From the NCBI GenBank assembly GCA_963750165.1, contig CAVVPN010000004.1:1120001-1184000 (forward strand): a stretch of 64,000 nt of DNA, written 5' to 3'. Both the position numbers and the translations under genes were made by a program. The notes below the pieces were generated by a model that saw only the letters and a program-made list of their open reading frames with translations, ran no database searches and was not told the DNA's origin. Below are positions 33,373 to 44,071 of this stretch, piece after piece; the first letter of the stretch is position 1; every line of letters begins with the position of its first letter. This DNA is from an uncultured Gemmataceae bacterium (lineage in GTDB: Bacteria > Planctomycetota > Planctomycetia > Gemmatales > Gemmataceae).

Positions 33373-34290
33373 TCACCCGAACAATCGCCATTTCGGACGC
33401 CTCGCACTGAAATTCCGAAGCTCCGACGCCAACTCCAGGCCGCTTGAATAACGTCGGGCAGGATCTTTGTTCAGGCATTTCAGACAGATTGCCTCCAGAT
33501 TGCGGTCTATGTGCGAATTGAACCGTCGGGGCGGCTCGGGATCACTGTCGATTGCTTGCTTCAGTGTCTCAAGGACCGTTTCCCCTCGGTACGGCGGACG
33601 GCCGGTCAACAGCTCATAGAGAATCGCTCCCAGGCCGTGGATGTCGGTGGCTGGTCCGATGGCGTCCAGACGCGCTTGGGCTTGTTCAGGAGCCATGTAT
33701 GCCGGAGTTCCACGAATCGTTCCCTCAGACAACTCTGCGATTTCATCATGTCGCAGCGCAAGCTCAAAGCCGGCAACCTTCGGGATGCCGAAGACTTCTT
33801 CATACCCTACTGCGTCCGGGTCGCTCATAGTCTCGGTTGAAGGTGGCACGGCCAACCAGATTCGGCTCGGCTTCAAGTCACAGTGCAGGATGCCGCGCTC
33901 ATGGATGTAGGCAACCGTGCGAGCCAGGCGTTCCACCAAGCCCGCACTTGGTCTACAGAACTGTCCAAGTTTTTGGATTCGTAGACCCAGGCTTCCTCCA
34001 TCCACAGCCTCGAGTACGAGGTATACCCGGCCCTGGTGTTGGACACGATCATGTATCTGGACGACATGCGGATGTCGGAACGAAGCGAGAACCTCGCCTT
34101 CCCGCTCAACGTATCGTTGGCTGTCCACCCCGGCAGTCGTCAGGATTGTGTAGAGGGTTACAATTCGGTCCAAGCTGTGCTGGCGAGCGCGATAGTAGAC
34201 GCCCATGCCATCTCTAAGCTCCGCCAAGACGTCATAGCCAGGGAGCTTTTTCGAGTCGTCATCGTTCCAAGTAGATGTCGCGACGCTCAT
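33373..34290 (-). CDS. Ser/Thr protein kinase-like cassette
   Basis: ILHCDLKPS, GTPAYMAPEQ, DIHGLGAILYELLTG and CLNKDPARRY motifs. Confidence 0.88.
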   Translation of the reverse strand: MSVATSTWNDDDSKKLPGYDVLAELRDGMGVYYRARQHSLDRIVTLYTILTTAGVDSQRYVEREGEVLASFRHPHVVQIHDRVQHQGRVYLVLEAVDGGSLGLRIQKLGQFCRPSAGLVERLARTVAYIHERGILHCDLKPSRIWLAVPPSTETMSDPDAVGYEEVFGIPKVAGFELALRHDEIAELSEGTIRGTPAYMAPEQAQARLDAIGPATDIHGLGAILYELLTGRPPYRGETVLETLKQAIDSDPEPPRRFNSHIDRNLEAICLKCLNKDPARRYSSGLELASELRNFSARRPKWRLFG

Positions 34291-34312
34291 GGTAGCATTT
34301 CGTACTTTGCGT

Positions 34313-34403
34313 GCCGAACGACATAGCTCTGCGGCGGGCCACTTGACTTAATGTTATCCGATTGATCTCAGATGGCCCGTCCGCAGCAGCACCTTGGTTC
34401 GGC
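34313..34403 (-). repeat. attC site (family A)
   Basis: Same arms as 32293. Confidence 0.9.
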
Positions 34404-34503
34404 TCTGATGTTTTCAGGAATCGACTCCCGACCCCTTTGATTTTCCTTTCCGACTTCCGACCCCTTTTCTGTTCTCTCTCCCAGTCTCTGTCCTCTCGTC
34501 TAT

Positions 34504-36017
34504 CTTGGCAGTCGCACTTTTCCGAGTGCTCAAACCGCGAGATTTACGCAGTTTTTCAGCGCTCGATGAGTTTCAGGAGTTCCGTTGCATCGGCCGACTT
34601 GGGTTTAATTAGGGCGTTCAAAGTCGCCCGCCGCAACACGGCAACCATATGACGCAACGACCATTCACTCTCCCAGGGTCCCATCACTTGGCGCAATTCC
34701 TCCGCCTCCGGCAACTGCCGACCGGCGGTAAGATACCACACCATCACGACGCTCTGCAACGACCACACCCACGGCGCCACCTTCTCCACCGCTTCCCGAC
34801 TGTAGTGTTGTGGCGCCTCGAGGTCCAGCACCTGTTTGCTCGCCCGGAACAGTACCTCAATGGACCAGCCCAGGCGAACTGCGTAATCACCCACCCCACG
34901 TCCGCACGCACGTCGGTCGTGAACAGGTAGGCATCGTCCAACTTCCCGTCCGGGTCGCGCACCACCACCACCTGCACCGGCCGCAACCCCAACACCCGCG
35001 GCCACACCGCCCGGTAGGCGAACGCCCGCAGGACGCGCTGCTCCCCGTAGACGGTCACCGTCACCGCCTGCCACACCCAGTCCCCGGTGGCCACGCGCTT
35101 ACGGTCGGCCTTGGCGGCGGCTGCTTTGGGGTTGGGCAGACGCGGCCCCTTCTGCGCCTTGCGGCCGCGCCGGCCGGGCTTGGCCTGAGGCAGACGCGGG
35201 TCGTACACGGCCGCGTCGCCGCGCAACCGGCCGACGAAGGTCACGCGCTCGTCCAGGTCCGCCAGCAGCGCTTGGGCCGCGTAAGCGCCGTCGGCCACCA
35301 GGGTAAAGCGCCGGCCGGGGAACCAGGCCAGCACTTCGGCGAGCACCCACGCAGCAGTGGGCAGGACGGCTGCGCCTGGCCGGGCCGGTGCAACCGGGCC
35401 AGCAAGGGCAACGCCAGGATCGGGGCGTTCGCGAAGGGCAGGCAGACGGCGACGGCGACGACCACCCAGTTGTGCCCCGCGGCCGTGGCGGTGCGTTTGC
35501 GGGTCGAGGCGACGGCATCGCGGAACCAGCCGAGGCCCCAGACGTGCTTGCCGCGCTTGTGGGCCAGGGTGTCGTCCACCAACAGCGTGATGGTGCCGCC
35601 CAGGTGGAGGCGCGTCAGGATGAGGACGGCGACGTGGTAGGCCAACCCGGTCACGGTCCAGGCGGAGCGCGCAAAGAAGTTGTAGGTGGTGTCCAGGCCG
35701 TGGCGCCGGGAATGGTCCCGCAAGTCTTGGGGTTGGGCGGTGTCGGCGACGCGACAGAGGCGGTGCTGGCCCAGGCACATCACCCAGCCGAGCACGAGTT
35801 GGCAGTGGGTGTGGAACGAGGGCAGGGTGAAGGCCGGGGCGAGGGCTTGGACGATGGGCTGGAGAGAAGCTATCATCAGCCACATGAGGGGCTCCTTCCG
35901 GCGAGTGCATGGCTTGAGAACCTATGCACAAACTTAGGAGGAACCCCTCTCTCTTTCTGCGACAGCCCCGTGACACTATCGGTGTTCGTCTGTTCATGGA
36001 AGCGTGCGACAGTTCAG
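34504..36017 (-). mobile_element. IS701-like IS, copy 1 (transposase 34556..35885, frameshifted)
   Basis: LLVDDTLAHKRG, GHNWVV and ADGAY motifs; imperfect TIRs CTTGGCAGTCGCAC / CTGAACTGTCGCAC; CTAT duplication at 34500-34503 and 36018-36021. Confidence 0.85.
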
Positions 36018-36020
36018 CTA

Positions 36021-37848
36021 TCATGGACCCTTATTATTGCCTTGTGGGGTTGCGGTCCCCTTTCCCTTACGAGCAGGGTAGAGCATGATCCCCCACGTGT
36101 CATCAATCGTGTAAACTGCGCCGACGTGATCGACAATCGAATCCAAAAACCTCTGGTAAGTCATCCCCTTTCTCGCGACGACGCTGATCCTCAATTCCTT
36201 AATATTCTTGCCGTCTTTGTCGAAAATCTCTTCTTCAAAACAGAAAAACACCTCAATCTGGTTGTGAATCCACAGCAGGATTTCCTCAAAACTCTCACGT
36301 TCAAACTTCTTTTCGGCCTGAATCCTGTTAGGAAGTTTTGACTTTGCAACCGCCCCAAGACCCTTTGGAAGGTTTTCTTCGGATTGCAATTTCTTGTCAT
36401 CAGCAGGGCTAAGGCAGCCGTTCAAAATTAGTCCGCAGCTTACACCTGGGTGCTGATGTTAGAATATTGTCCAACGTGGCTTGATGGTGTAATTCCAACT
36501 GGGGCAGACGGCATGCCTTTGGAGGCGCCACGTCTGCATTTCTGCGTCCGGCACCTTGACCCCCTTCGCGTACTCCGCGTCCAGCAACGTCGCACGTACC
36601 GCCCAACCGGCGTCCGTCTCCGTGCCCCGGATGCAGGCCAACAGCGTCTCCACGGTTCGCAGCGGCTCCCCCGCCCAGTTGACGCTGATGCGGCTGAACA
36701 GCCGGTGCTCCACCGGGTTCCACTTCGACGCCCCCCGCGGGTAATGGCACACCGTCACCCACAGCCCCCAGCGGTCGGCCAACTCCTCCTGGAGGCGCTG
36801 TTTCCACAACCGCACGCGGCAACTGTTGCTCCCGCCCGCGTCGCACAGGATCAGCAACTCGTCGGCCTGCGGGTACCACAGCCGTCCCTCGCCGCGCCAC
36901 CACCGGCCGATCACGTCCCCCGCGAACGCCGCGGTGTCGGCGGACAACCCCACGTAGACATGGCCGCGGTCCTGGCGCACGTCGTAGACCCCGTAGGGGA
37001 CGGCCCGGCCCAAGGCGTCGTCCAGGAAGTCGTGGGCGTTGACCTCCGTCCGCGCCGGCACCACTGCCGCCCTGCATTCTTGAAGTTGCCGATCAACTCC
37101 TTTTTCTTGCTGTCCACGCTGATCACCGGCTGGCCGAGGATGGCGAAGCGGCGCCGCTGCCCGGCGATGTACGCGAACTGCCGGTCCCGGTCTGGGTGAG
37201 GCGGGCCGGTGAAGCGCTTGCGGTTGGCCTTGAGCGAATAGCCCAGGTCGTCCAACAGGCGATAGACCGTGGCGGGGCTGACGGCGAAGCCTTGGCCTTG
37301 CAACCGCGTGCTCAGGTAGGCGACGCTGTGGCGCACCCACTTCTGACAGGTTTGCGGGCTGCCGGCGGTCTGCTCCTGGACCAAGCTGCCTCAAAGCGTT
37401 CATGAGGCCCGGCACTTTTTTTTCACAGCGGGCCGTCCTGCCCCGGGCCGGCGGATGCGATCCGGGGGGCAGTCCCGCAGGGAGTCCTCGAGTTCCCGGC
37501 GACCGCGCCGGATGGTTTCCACGTTCAGGCCGGTGATGAGGGACAGTAGGCGGTCGCCGCCGCGGCCGACCTTCTGGGACTCCCAGGCTGCCAACCACCG
37601 GCGTTGGTGCTCATCCAACCGGCTCAGGAGAAGGTTGAGCCGGTAATGGAGGGCGCGTTCGGGGTGGTCCGCACCTTGTCGGCAGTGAGGGCATTGGCAT
37701 TGGTGGATGTCCACGGCTCTGCCTCCCTTCCAAACCAGGCCCCCGGTTGGGCCAGGGTTATTGTAGAAGGGAACTGCGGATTAATTTTGAAACGTTGCCT
37801 AATGGCAAGCGCCATCAAGACGACGATGGTTGGCATCTGGTTTCTCAC
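36021..37848 (-). pseudogene. Secreted cassette gene split by an ISAzo13-like element
   Basis: Removing the IS and one TAA rejoins MRNQMPTIVVLMALAI to SPADDKKLQ... in frame. Confidence 0.8.
36413..37799 (-). mobile_element. ISAzo13-family IS
   Basis: LDEHQRRW, GAGRP, ISVDSKKKELIGNF and GASKWNPVEHRLFS motifs; TIRs GGCAGCCGTTCAAAATTAGTCCGCAG / GGCAACGTTTCAAAATTAATCCGCAG; TAA duplication. Confidence 0.92.
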
Positions 37849-37918
37849 TTCTTAGGAATGGGAATAAAAATCATCGGGTTCCCATTATCGAACGGGAATT
37901 GTTCGGAGTAAAGAGATA

Positions 37919-37985
37919 AGAAAAGGGGTCGGGAGTCGATATTACGAATCTGAAAAACGTGTTATCGACTCCCGACCCCTTTTCT
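37919..37985. repeat. 67-bp REP/MITE-like hairpin
   Basis: AGAAAAGGGGTCGGGAGTCGAT...ATCGACTCCCGACCCCTTTTCT; identical copy at 48956. Confidence 0.88.
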
Positions 37986-38147
37986 GTCCCAGCTTTCGCC
38001 ACCCCGAAGCCCTCCGGTGGCGGAACAAAGGACGAAGCGCACCGAGTGTAACCACCACGCCATTGGATTTCAAGCGGTGCTCAGGGTTCAGAAAAACCCA
38101 TCGACGGAGTCTCTTGAACGGGCGCCGCTCGGGCGCCCTCCGGCGCG

Positions 38148-38236
38148 TCCGAACGATAAGCTCAGCAGCGGCCCCCAGAGCTGTTCTGATTCTACGAGGG
38201 CGTGCTGGGGCCGTCTGCTGGAGCACCTGGTTCGGC
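38148..38236 (-). repeat. attC site
   Basis: TCCGAAC..GCTCAGCAGCGGCCCC...GGGGCCGTCTGCTGGAGC..GTTCGGC. Confidence 0.85.
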
Positions 38237-38243
38237 CCTTGAA

Positions 38244-38972
38244 CTACTTGCTCCCGAACTTTCGACAGAACTCCAAAGCATCTCGGGCCATCTTGGCGAA
38301 GTGCTTGTCGGGGCTCTCGGCAATCTGCTTCAACACAGCCTCGGCCTTCGCACGGTTGAAACCAGGCTCTGCCAACCGCGCAATGGCCAGCGGGCGATAG
38401 TCGGCTGACTCCGTCAGGGGGATGAACTCGCCGGACGCCACCTTACTCAACAGATCGAAGTCGGTCGTCTTCGACACCAGAAGATAACTGAGATCATCGT
38501 GACTGACCATCCCTTTGCCCGCGTTGGACAGGGGTAGGCTTTCGCCATCAATTCGATAGCGCACCTTCGCCTTGAATCCGGCCGCAGCCACATAGCCATG
38601 TACGATCAGGTAGGTTTCGTCAGGCACCTTCACAAGTCTCAGGTCGTTGCCACATAAGGGGCAGTCGAGCACCCGCGCGGCTTTCCACTTGCCAGGTTCG
38701 GCCTCATATTCCACGGCGATGAGCGGTTGCCCCTGATTGGTGACAAACTCTACGGGCTTGCCGGTCCGATTGATAAGGTAGAGTGGAACGCCGATACGGT
38801 CCTTGTTCTTGAAATCGGCGAACAACGAAAGTTGGCCGCGCGGCGCCGGGACGTGAGCGGGTAACTTCGTCGTCCGGATGCCAGGGCCCACTTTGGCCTT
38901 AGGCGGATCGGTGGCACTCACCAATCCGAAGGAGAACGACAAAGCCACAACGAAACTCACAGGGCCTCTCAT
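38244..38972 (-). CDS. Secreted hypothetical cassette protein
   Basis: Signal peptide; LINRTG and CPLCGN. Confidence 0.7.
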   Translation of the reverse strand: MRGPVSFVVALSFSFGLVSATDPPKAKVGPGIRTTKLPAHVPAPRGQLSLFADFKNKDRIGVPLYLINRTGKPVEFVTNQGQPLIAVEYEAEPGKWKAARVLDCPLCGNDLRLVKVPDETYLIVHGYVAAAGFKAKVRYRIDGESLPLSNAGKGMVSHDDLSYLLVSKTTDFDLLSKVASGEFIPLTESADYRPLAIARLAEPGFNRAKAEAVLKQIAESPDKHFAKMARDALEFCRKFGSK

Positions 38973-38990
38973 CTGCACTCCTCTTCTGTG

Positions 38991-39079
38991 GCCGAACGAC
39001 ATAGCTCTGCGGCGGGCCACTCGACTCAATGTGTCCGAGTAGACTTAGATGGCCCGTCCGCAGCAGCACCTGGTTCGGC
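38991..39079 (-). repeat. attC site (family A)
   Basis: Same arms as 32293. Confidence 0.9.
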
Positions 39080-39117
39080 TCTGTACTTTTCTCTTCCAAC
39101 TCGGACCCTGCAATACC

Positions 39118-39633
39118 TCAGTTGCCTGAGCGACCTGCTGCGCCAGGTTCAGGGCATCTCTGCCCTTCGGGGGAGAACTCCGCAAACCAGGGTGTTGCAT
39201 CCGCGAATCCGCTGCTCGCACTGACAACCCGCTCTCCCGTCGCGGGGTGGGCGAACTCGCCACTCCCGGGGATCGGAACAACCTCAGTCGAACCGCACTC
39301 AAGGCAATGTGGCGGGCTGACGCGGTGGCGTCGCCAGCGCAAACGCCTCTGGAGTTCTGCCAATGACTCCTCCGCTTTCTTTCGTTGTCCGGCCTTCCTC
39401 GGCTGCCGCTCGTTCAGCCAAGACTCCAACTGGCCAATCTCGACCTCAAGCGCTTCGCAAGGCCGGAGCAGTTCCGCTGTCACGAAGGAACCGCAGGCCC
39501 GACACCAAGCCGGCTGTTGCTCGACGTGCAACTTCGAGCCGTCTTCCAAGCGGTAGTCAAGGAATGCGGAGTACAACACCCAGGCGTTGCCCCCAGAATC
39601 GGGCAAGTCGTATTCGACGTACCCACGCCCCAT
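39118..39633 (-). CDS. Cassette protein with CxxC pairs
   Basis: WCRAC and CLECGS motifs. Confidence 0.7.
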   Translation of the reverse strand: MGRGYVEYDLPDSGGNAWVLYSAFLDYRLEDGSKLHVEQQPAWCRACGSFVTAELLRPCEALEVEIGQLESWLNERQPRKAGQRKKAEESLAELQRRLRWRRHRVSPPHCLECGSTEVVPIPGSGEFAHPATGERVVSASSGFADATPWFAEFSPEGQRCPEPGAAGRSGN

Positions 39634-39648
39634 GCCAAACTCCGTGAA

Positions 39649-39743
39649 GCCGAACGCCGAAGCTCTGCGGCGTTGGGGCCTGGGAGCCCTTGACTCGGAG
39701 TAGCCCGAAAGGCCCCAACGTCCGCAGCAGCAGCTTGTTCGCG
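39649..39743 (-). repeat. attC site
   Basis: GCCGAAC..CTCTGCGGCGTTGGGGCC...GGCCCCAACGTCCGCAGCAGC..GTTCGCG. Confidence 0.85.
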
Positions 39744-39746
39744 CGA

Positions 39747-40184
39747 TTACGTCGATCCGTACAGCAACTCAATCGAAGCCGGGGATTGCTGTGCCACGGC
39801 CTTGAGCGCGGCAGACCTGGTGATGAACTTACGGAACGCCGCCAGCTCGTCCAGCGACCAGCACCAACGATTACTCTCCCCCGCCTCCGCCCCCACTGAG
39901 GGCTCAAACCGGAAAACGAGCCGTAGCTGCCAGATTTCCTTTTCCTTGGTGTCGGTTCTGATCAACTGCCGGGTTATATCAAACTCGAAGGCGGGTCCTT
40001 TCCCCCAGTCGTAGGTGCCCCATTGAAAGAGGAGGCTGTCCCTATCCCCCTTGAAGGGGCACCCCTCGGCACGCTCCTCAACGTAGTATGCCAGCATGGC
40101 CTCAACACCAGTGTTCGGGGTCAGGGTGTCAAGCGATAAGACCAGCCGCCTCCAGCCGTTTGAGGAACCGCGTCTTGGCCGCAC
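39747..40184 (-). CDS. Cassette hypothetical protein
   Basis: D.LLFQWGTYDWG.G..FEFDITRQ; start uncertain. Confidence 0.65.
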   Translation of the reverse strand: MRPRRGSSNGWRRLVLSLDTLTPNTGVEAMLAYYVEERAEGCPFKGDRDSLLFQWGTYDWGKGPAFEFDITRQLIRTDTKEKEIWQLRLVFRFEPSVGAEAGESNRWCWSLDELAAFRKFITRSAALKAVAQQSPASIELLYGST

Positions 40185-40216
40185 GGGGCTTCATAGGTTG
40201 ACACCGTGTCTCTTTC

Positions 40217-40317
40217 TGCGAACGACCATGCTCAGCAGCCGGCTCACGCGGGCGCGACTAGCGAACCGCGACGAACCGGGTGTCGCGTGGCCGGTCGGCT
40301 GCAGCGACTGGTTCGGC
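40217..40317 (-). repeat. attC site
   Basis: TGCGAAC..GCTCAGCAGCCGGC...GCCGGTCGGCTGCAGC..GTTCGGC. Confidence 0.82.
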
Positions 40318-40361
40318 CTCAATGGTCTTTCATTCGACTCCCGACTCCTTTCTCTTCACCA

Positions 40362-41258
40362 CTAGGTTTCCGTCAAATTGACAAACACCTGAAACTGATC
40401 AGTCATCGTAATGTGGTTGATCTTGATTTTTCCGTCCACGGAACTAGGAGTTGACCACAAAGTGTGAGGGTCAGCAGTTGTGTTAATAATGTTCACGCCA
40501 ACATTAAATGGAGGTGCTGGTAATTCAATGATTACCCCGGCTGGAGTGATCCGGCATTCAGGCCCGCGTTGTTGGAACAGCTGCCAGAACTGTGGATTTC
40601 CCTCCGTATACCAGTACCAAGTCCCACCCGGTTGAAGCGTGATACTCTTGGAGGCGTCGTTCAGGTGCCATGTAAAGTTTAGCACCTGATTATGATTGGA
40701 CTGATTGATAAAGCGGGCGACGACGTATTCTGTTGGCGTCGAAGGGTGTGGTGGGGGAATTGTTTGAACAACACGAACCGCCACATATGGGCAGTACGAC
40801 AGAGTAGTGGTGCTAGTCTGCCAGAAGCCTCCGTCTGGGCTGAAATTTGGCACCCAAAACTGATTCTGACCATTGTATTCGGAGACGCCAGCCTTGAACT
40901 CAAAGCCCTCGGACTGAAGTGATTGCACGCCCTCTTGAGGATTCCCGCCCAGCAATCCCTTCAGCGTAGTCATCGCCAATTGGATCGCCTGCTGTAGGAC
41001 AATCTGTGTAAAGACGGTCTGGACGTTCTGCTCAAAAACAGCGATTGATTGATCGATCAGATCATCGAGCCATGCCTCAAATGGCGCATGGGTCATCGAT
41101 AAAGATTGAGACGCCAGCCGCAACGGCACCTTGGATAGCGTCTGTCTCGATCAGTTCCCGGCCGTAAGCAACGCTCCACGGTGGGGTGCCAGATTGCACT
41201 TGGTTGATCTTGTCCCCCTTGTTCGTCACAAACTGTGTATCTCCCGGAGCTGGCATGG
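40362..41258 (-). CDS. Lower-GC cassette hypothetical protein (probable frameshift near 41125)
   Basis: ORFs 41077..41262 and 40362..41129 overlap in different frames. Confidence 0.6.
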
Positions 41259-41310
41259 ACATCCCCTCTTTCTTACAAACAGCATGTACTGACGTACCGA
41301 CCGCTCGTCA

Positions 41311-41409
41311 GCTGAACGACATAGCTGTCCAGCGGGGTGGGCCGCCGTTGACAGCGTACCCCCGGGAACCGCCACGGCCCGTTCCGTCTGCTGTAGCGAC
41401 TGGTTCAGC
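41311..41409 (-). repeat. attC site
   Basis: GCTGAAC...GTTCAGC with complementary arms. Confidence 0.75.
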
Positions 41410-41447
41410 CGCCCCATTGGAGGCGTCTCACCAAGAGCGGGATCGGC

Positions 41448-41788
41448 TCAAGCGAGACGTAGCGTGAACTCTTCATTGCCCGTGCCGTCATGGTCAACGC
41501 GATCAGCATCCGAACTGATGGTGATGTTGGCCGCAGCGTTGCAGATGCCGGTCAGCGTGTTGGACTCACTTTCCAGGCACACGACGACCGTGGTCTCGGA
41601 CCCCATCCCCGAGCCGTTTAGGTGTTCGACGTTCAAGACGCGCTTGTCCAGTCGCATCCTGATACCGAAGGTTGCTGCCGGGTCATTCTCCACCAAGATC
41701 CCGTCACCGATCGCCCAGACTCCGGAGCCGGGCCGGATAAGAAACCACGCCGCGGGCTGGTTTTGATCTGGATCTTGTACGTTTTCAT
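41448..41788 (-). CDS. Small cassette protein (probable frameshift)
   Basis: AAGGAG RBS plus MKTYKIQ..., continuing in ORF 41448..41696. Confidence 0.45.
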
Positions 41789-41839
41789 AATATCTCCTTG
41801 ATTGGACATCGAGCCATCTGAGTGACTTCGGTCTTCGCC

Positions 41840-41929
41840 GCCGAACAACATAGCTCAGGTGCGGGCCGAGTGACCTCGGCGTGTCCGGTTGACCTCAGTT
41901 GGCCCGTCACCTGCAGCGGCTGGTTCGGG
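41840..41929 (-). repeat. attC site (family A)
   Basis: GCCGAAC..CTCAGGTGCGGGCC...GGCCCGTCACCTGCAG..GTTCGGG. Confidence 0.88.
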
Positions 41930-42024
41930 GAAGTTCTTCTTTAACTTCGGCCCTTCTTCCTTCAGCGCGGATAGTGCCTTCAGGGGACAACCCTGTGATC
42001 GAGCCCCCTATCAATTCCGCGCTG

Positions 42025-42494
42025 CTACTCCTCCCATTGCACCGACGGATCAAGTTCCCCGCGCTCGGCGTAATGGCGGGCCACCTGTAAGACCAACTCC
42101 AATTCATAGGTGACATACCGCTCGCTTGGGTAGAACCCCTGGTCGCTGGTCCATACTGGCACTTCGCCGCCAGTGTGGCTCGGGTCGCAGTACTGGAGCC
42201 AAGCCCCGCGCTTGTCGGCGGCGGTGATCGCATAGCCCTTCGGGCCGCCAAGCACGCTCAGGCAATCCTCCCCGTGGCATTCCTCCTGCAAGCCGATGAA
42301 GATGAACGGCAAGCAGTAGTGGTTGAGTGCGCGGATCGCCGACTCCACTTGCGCCACGTCGGGTTCGGTACGACTTGAGTGTCGTACCCGTGGCCCGTAG
42401 GCGGGTATTCGGTGATCTCAAGCACTTTGATGGCCAACGACTTTTGCACAGATCGCCTCTGCTTTGCCGAACCGCGCCCCTTGACCAGAGCCAC
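42025..42494 (-). CDS. Imm1-like immunity protein (frameshift near 42355)
   Basis: NPTW..VESAIRAL, LSVLGG, ARHYAERGELDPSVQW. Confidence 0.5.
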
Positions 42495-42692
42495 TTCATG
42501 GGCTCCACCTCGGTCTGGAAGGCGCCAAGCATTTGCGCCGCTTGGACGCGCTTTATTTGGGCTCTTCCGTTTTTAGGTGCGAAACACTGGATTTTCTGTG
42601 AACGGACGATCACGTGCCCCACGATTTTTCCAGGGAAAATTGAGAATCGGGCCGATAACCCGCACCTAAAAACGGAAGAGCCTTTATTTGTC

Positions 42693-42782
42693 CCCGAACG
42701 ACCAAGCTCAGCAGCGGCCCCAAGAGCCATGCTTATTCTACAAAGACATGTTGGGGCCGTCTGCTGAAGCTTTTGGTTCGGT
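42693..42782 (-). repeat. attC site
   Basis: CCCGAAC..GCTCAGCAGCGGCCCC...GGGGCCGTCTGCTGAAGC..GTTCGGT. Confidence 0.85.
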
Positions 42783-42790
42783 CCGGTTGC

Positions 42791-43222
42791 TCACTCGGCA
42801 CGCCGACACGAGGGACCAGCCATACGTCTCACGGTCATCCTGCGCGGTCCAATCGTATCCGTATGCTGTCCAGACCGCATACGCGGAGGCGACCGCAGCA
42901 CCCGTCCCGGCACGGGAATCAACCTGACCCTGGACGGGCGCAACTCGACGCACCAACCGACCCGGCCGGCGGCCCGGCTGGCAAAACTGGCGCCCGACCA
43001 AGCCCCGGCCCGGCAAGCGTCGAACATGCTGGTCCCGTCCCAGTCGAGGACGTCGTGCTCGTAATCCCACTGGCTCGGCAGGTAAACGACGTCGAACCCA
43101 TCGGTCGGCAAACATTCCCTCATGCCGCACACCTGGGAAGCGGCGAGGTCAACGCACACGCGCACGGTCATGCGGTGGTCTGTGCCGCGCTTCTCGACGG
43201 TTGCTTCTGCCTCGACCAGCAA
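42791..43222 (-). CDS. Cassette hypothetical protein
   Basis: ORF between attCs; 3' end may be frameshifted. Confidence 0.5.
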   Translation of the reverse strand: MLVEAEATVEKRGTDHRMTVRVCVDLAASQVCGMRECLPTDGFDVVYLPSQWDYEHDVLDWDGTSMFDACRAGAWSGASFASRAAGRVGWCVELRPSRVRLIPVPGRVLRSPPRMRSGQHTDTIGPRRMTVRRMAGPSCRRAE

Positions 43223-43238
43223 CTTTCACCCCTCACCA

Positions 43239-43335
43239 CCCGAACGACTGCGTTCACCTGCCGGGCCGCCTGCAACGGCGTGGTGTCGCGCAAAACCAAA
43301 ATGGCGGCCCGGTCAGGTGCAACGCTTGGTTCGCC
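43239..43335 (-). repeat. attC site
   Basis: CCCGAAC..TTCACCTGCCGGGCCGCC...GGCGGCCCGGTCAGGTGCAA..GTTCGCC. Confidence 0.87.
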
Positions 43336-43349
43336 GGCGTCGCATTCGG

Positions 43350-43892
43350 CTACGAGTGGGCCAGTTCCAATTGCCGGCCGCGTTCCTCGAACACTGACAA
43401 CTCTCGTCTTGTAATTCGGGACTCATCAGCCACGGCCCACTCTTCGCTCTTCCGAAACGATGCGTACCACGAATAACCCTCTGCGCCCGACAGGTAGAGC
43501 ATCAAGCTGCCGATCTTGTTGGTCGCCGTGTTCCCGCTGTACCAAATGAAAGCGGCAGATTCCGAAAACCGGTCGATCGGCTGCGCGAGCCACGGGCGAC
43601 CCGGCTGGCGAATGTGGAGCGGCTTTTGCAACTCAACGCTATCCCACACCGAGGTCTCCGCATTCCAGACGAAGTGCTTTTCCGAAAGGACGCGGTTGGG
43701 CGTGAATGTGGGAACCCGTAGTTCCTCGTCCTTCCTGCTCCACCAGCCGAGCCACTTGTGATCGAACCAGTTATCGACATGCACAAGGAAGACTTCGCGC
43801 ATTCGCAGTTCGGCGACGGCACCGTTCATGAGCCGCTGGGCCAGCGCCAGGAATGTCACGTCGTCATGCTCTGTCGGAACAAGCTCGATCAC
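43350..43892 (-). CDS. Cassette hypothetical protein
   Basis: VDNWFDHKWLG, VPTFTPNRV, WYSG. Confidence 0.7.
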   Translation of the reverse strand: MIELVPTEHDDVTFLALAQRLMNGAVAELRMREVFLVHVDNWFDHKWLGWWSRKDEELRVPTFTPNRVLSEKHFVWNAETSVWDSVELQKPLHIRQPGRPWLAQPIDRFSESAAFIWYSGNTATNKIGSLMLYLSGAEGYSWYASFRKSEEWAVADESRITRRELSVFEERGRQLELAHS

Positions 43893-43928
43893 CGCATCAC
43901 CTCGATAGGTAGCCACGAGAACCTTGCC

Positions 43929-44017
43929 GGCGAACAACCCAGCTCTGCTGCGGGCCACTGGACTGGGCGTGCCTACTTGCCCTCGGTCGGCCCGTCAGCA
44001 GCAGCGGCCGGTTCGAG
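43929..44017 (-). repeat. attC site (family A)
   Basis: GGCGAAC..CTCTGCTGCGGGCC...GGCCCGTCAGCAGCAGC..GTTCGAG. Confidence 0.87.
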
Positions 44018-44071
44018 AAAGTTCTCTCTTGCCTTCGATCCTGCTTCCTCGGCCACTCTCTGGCGCTCAGC

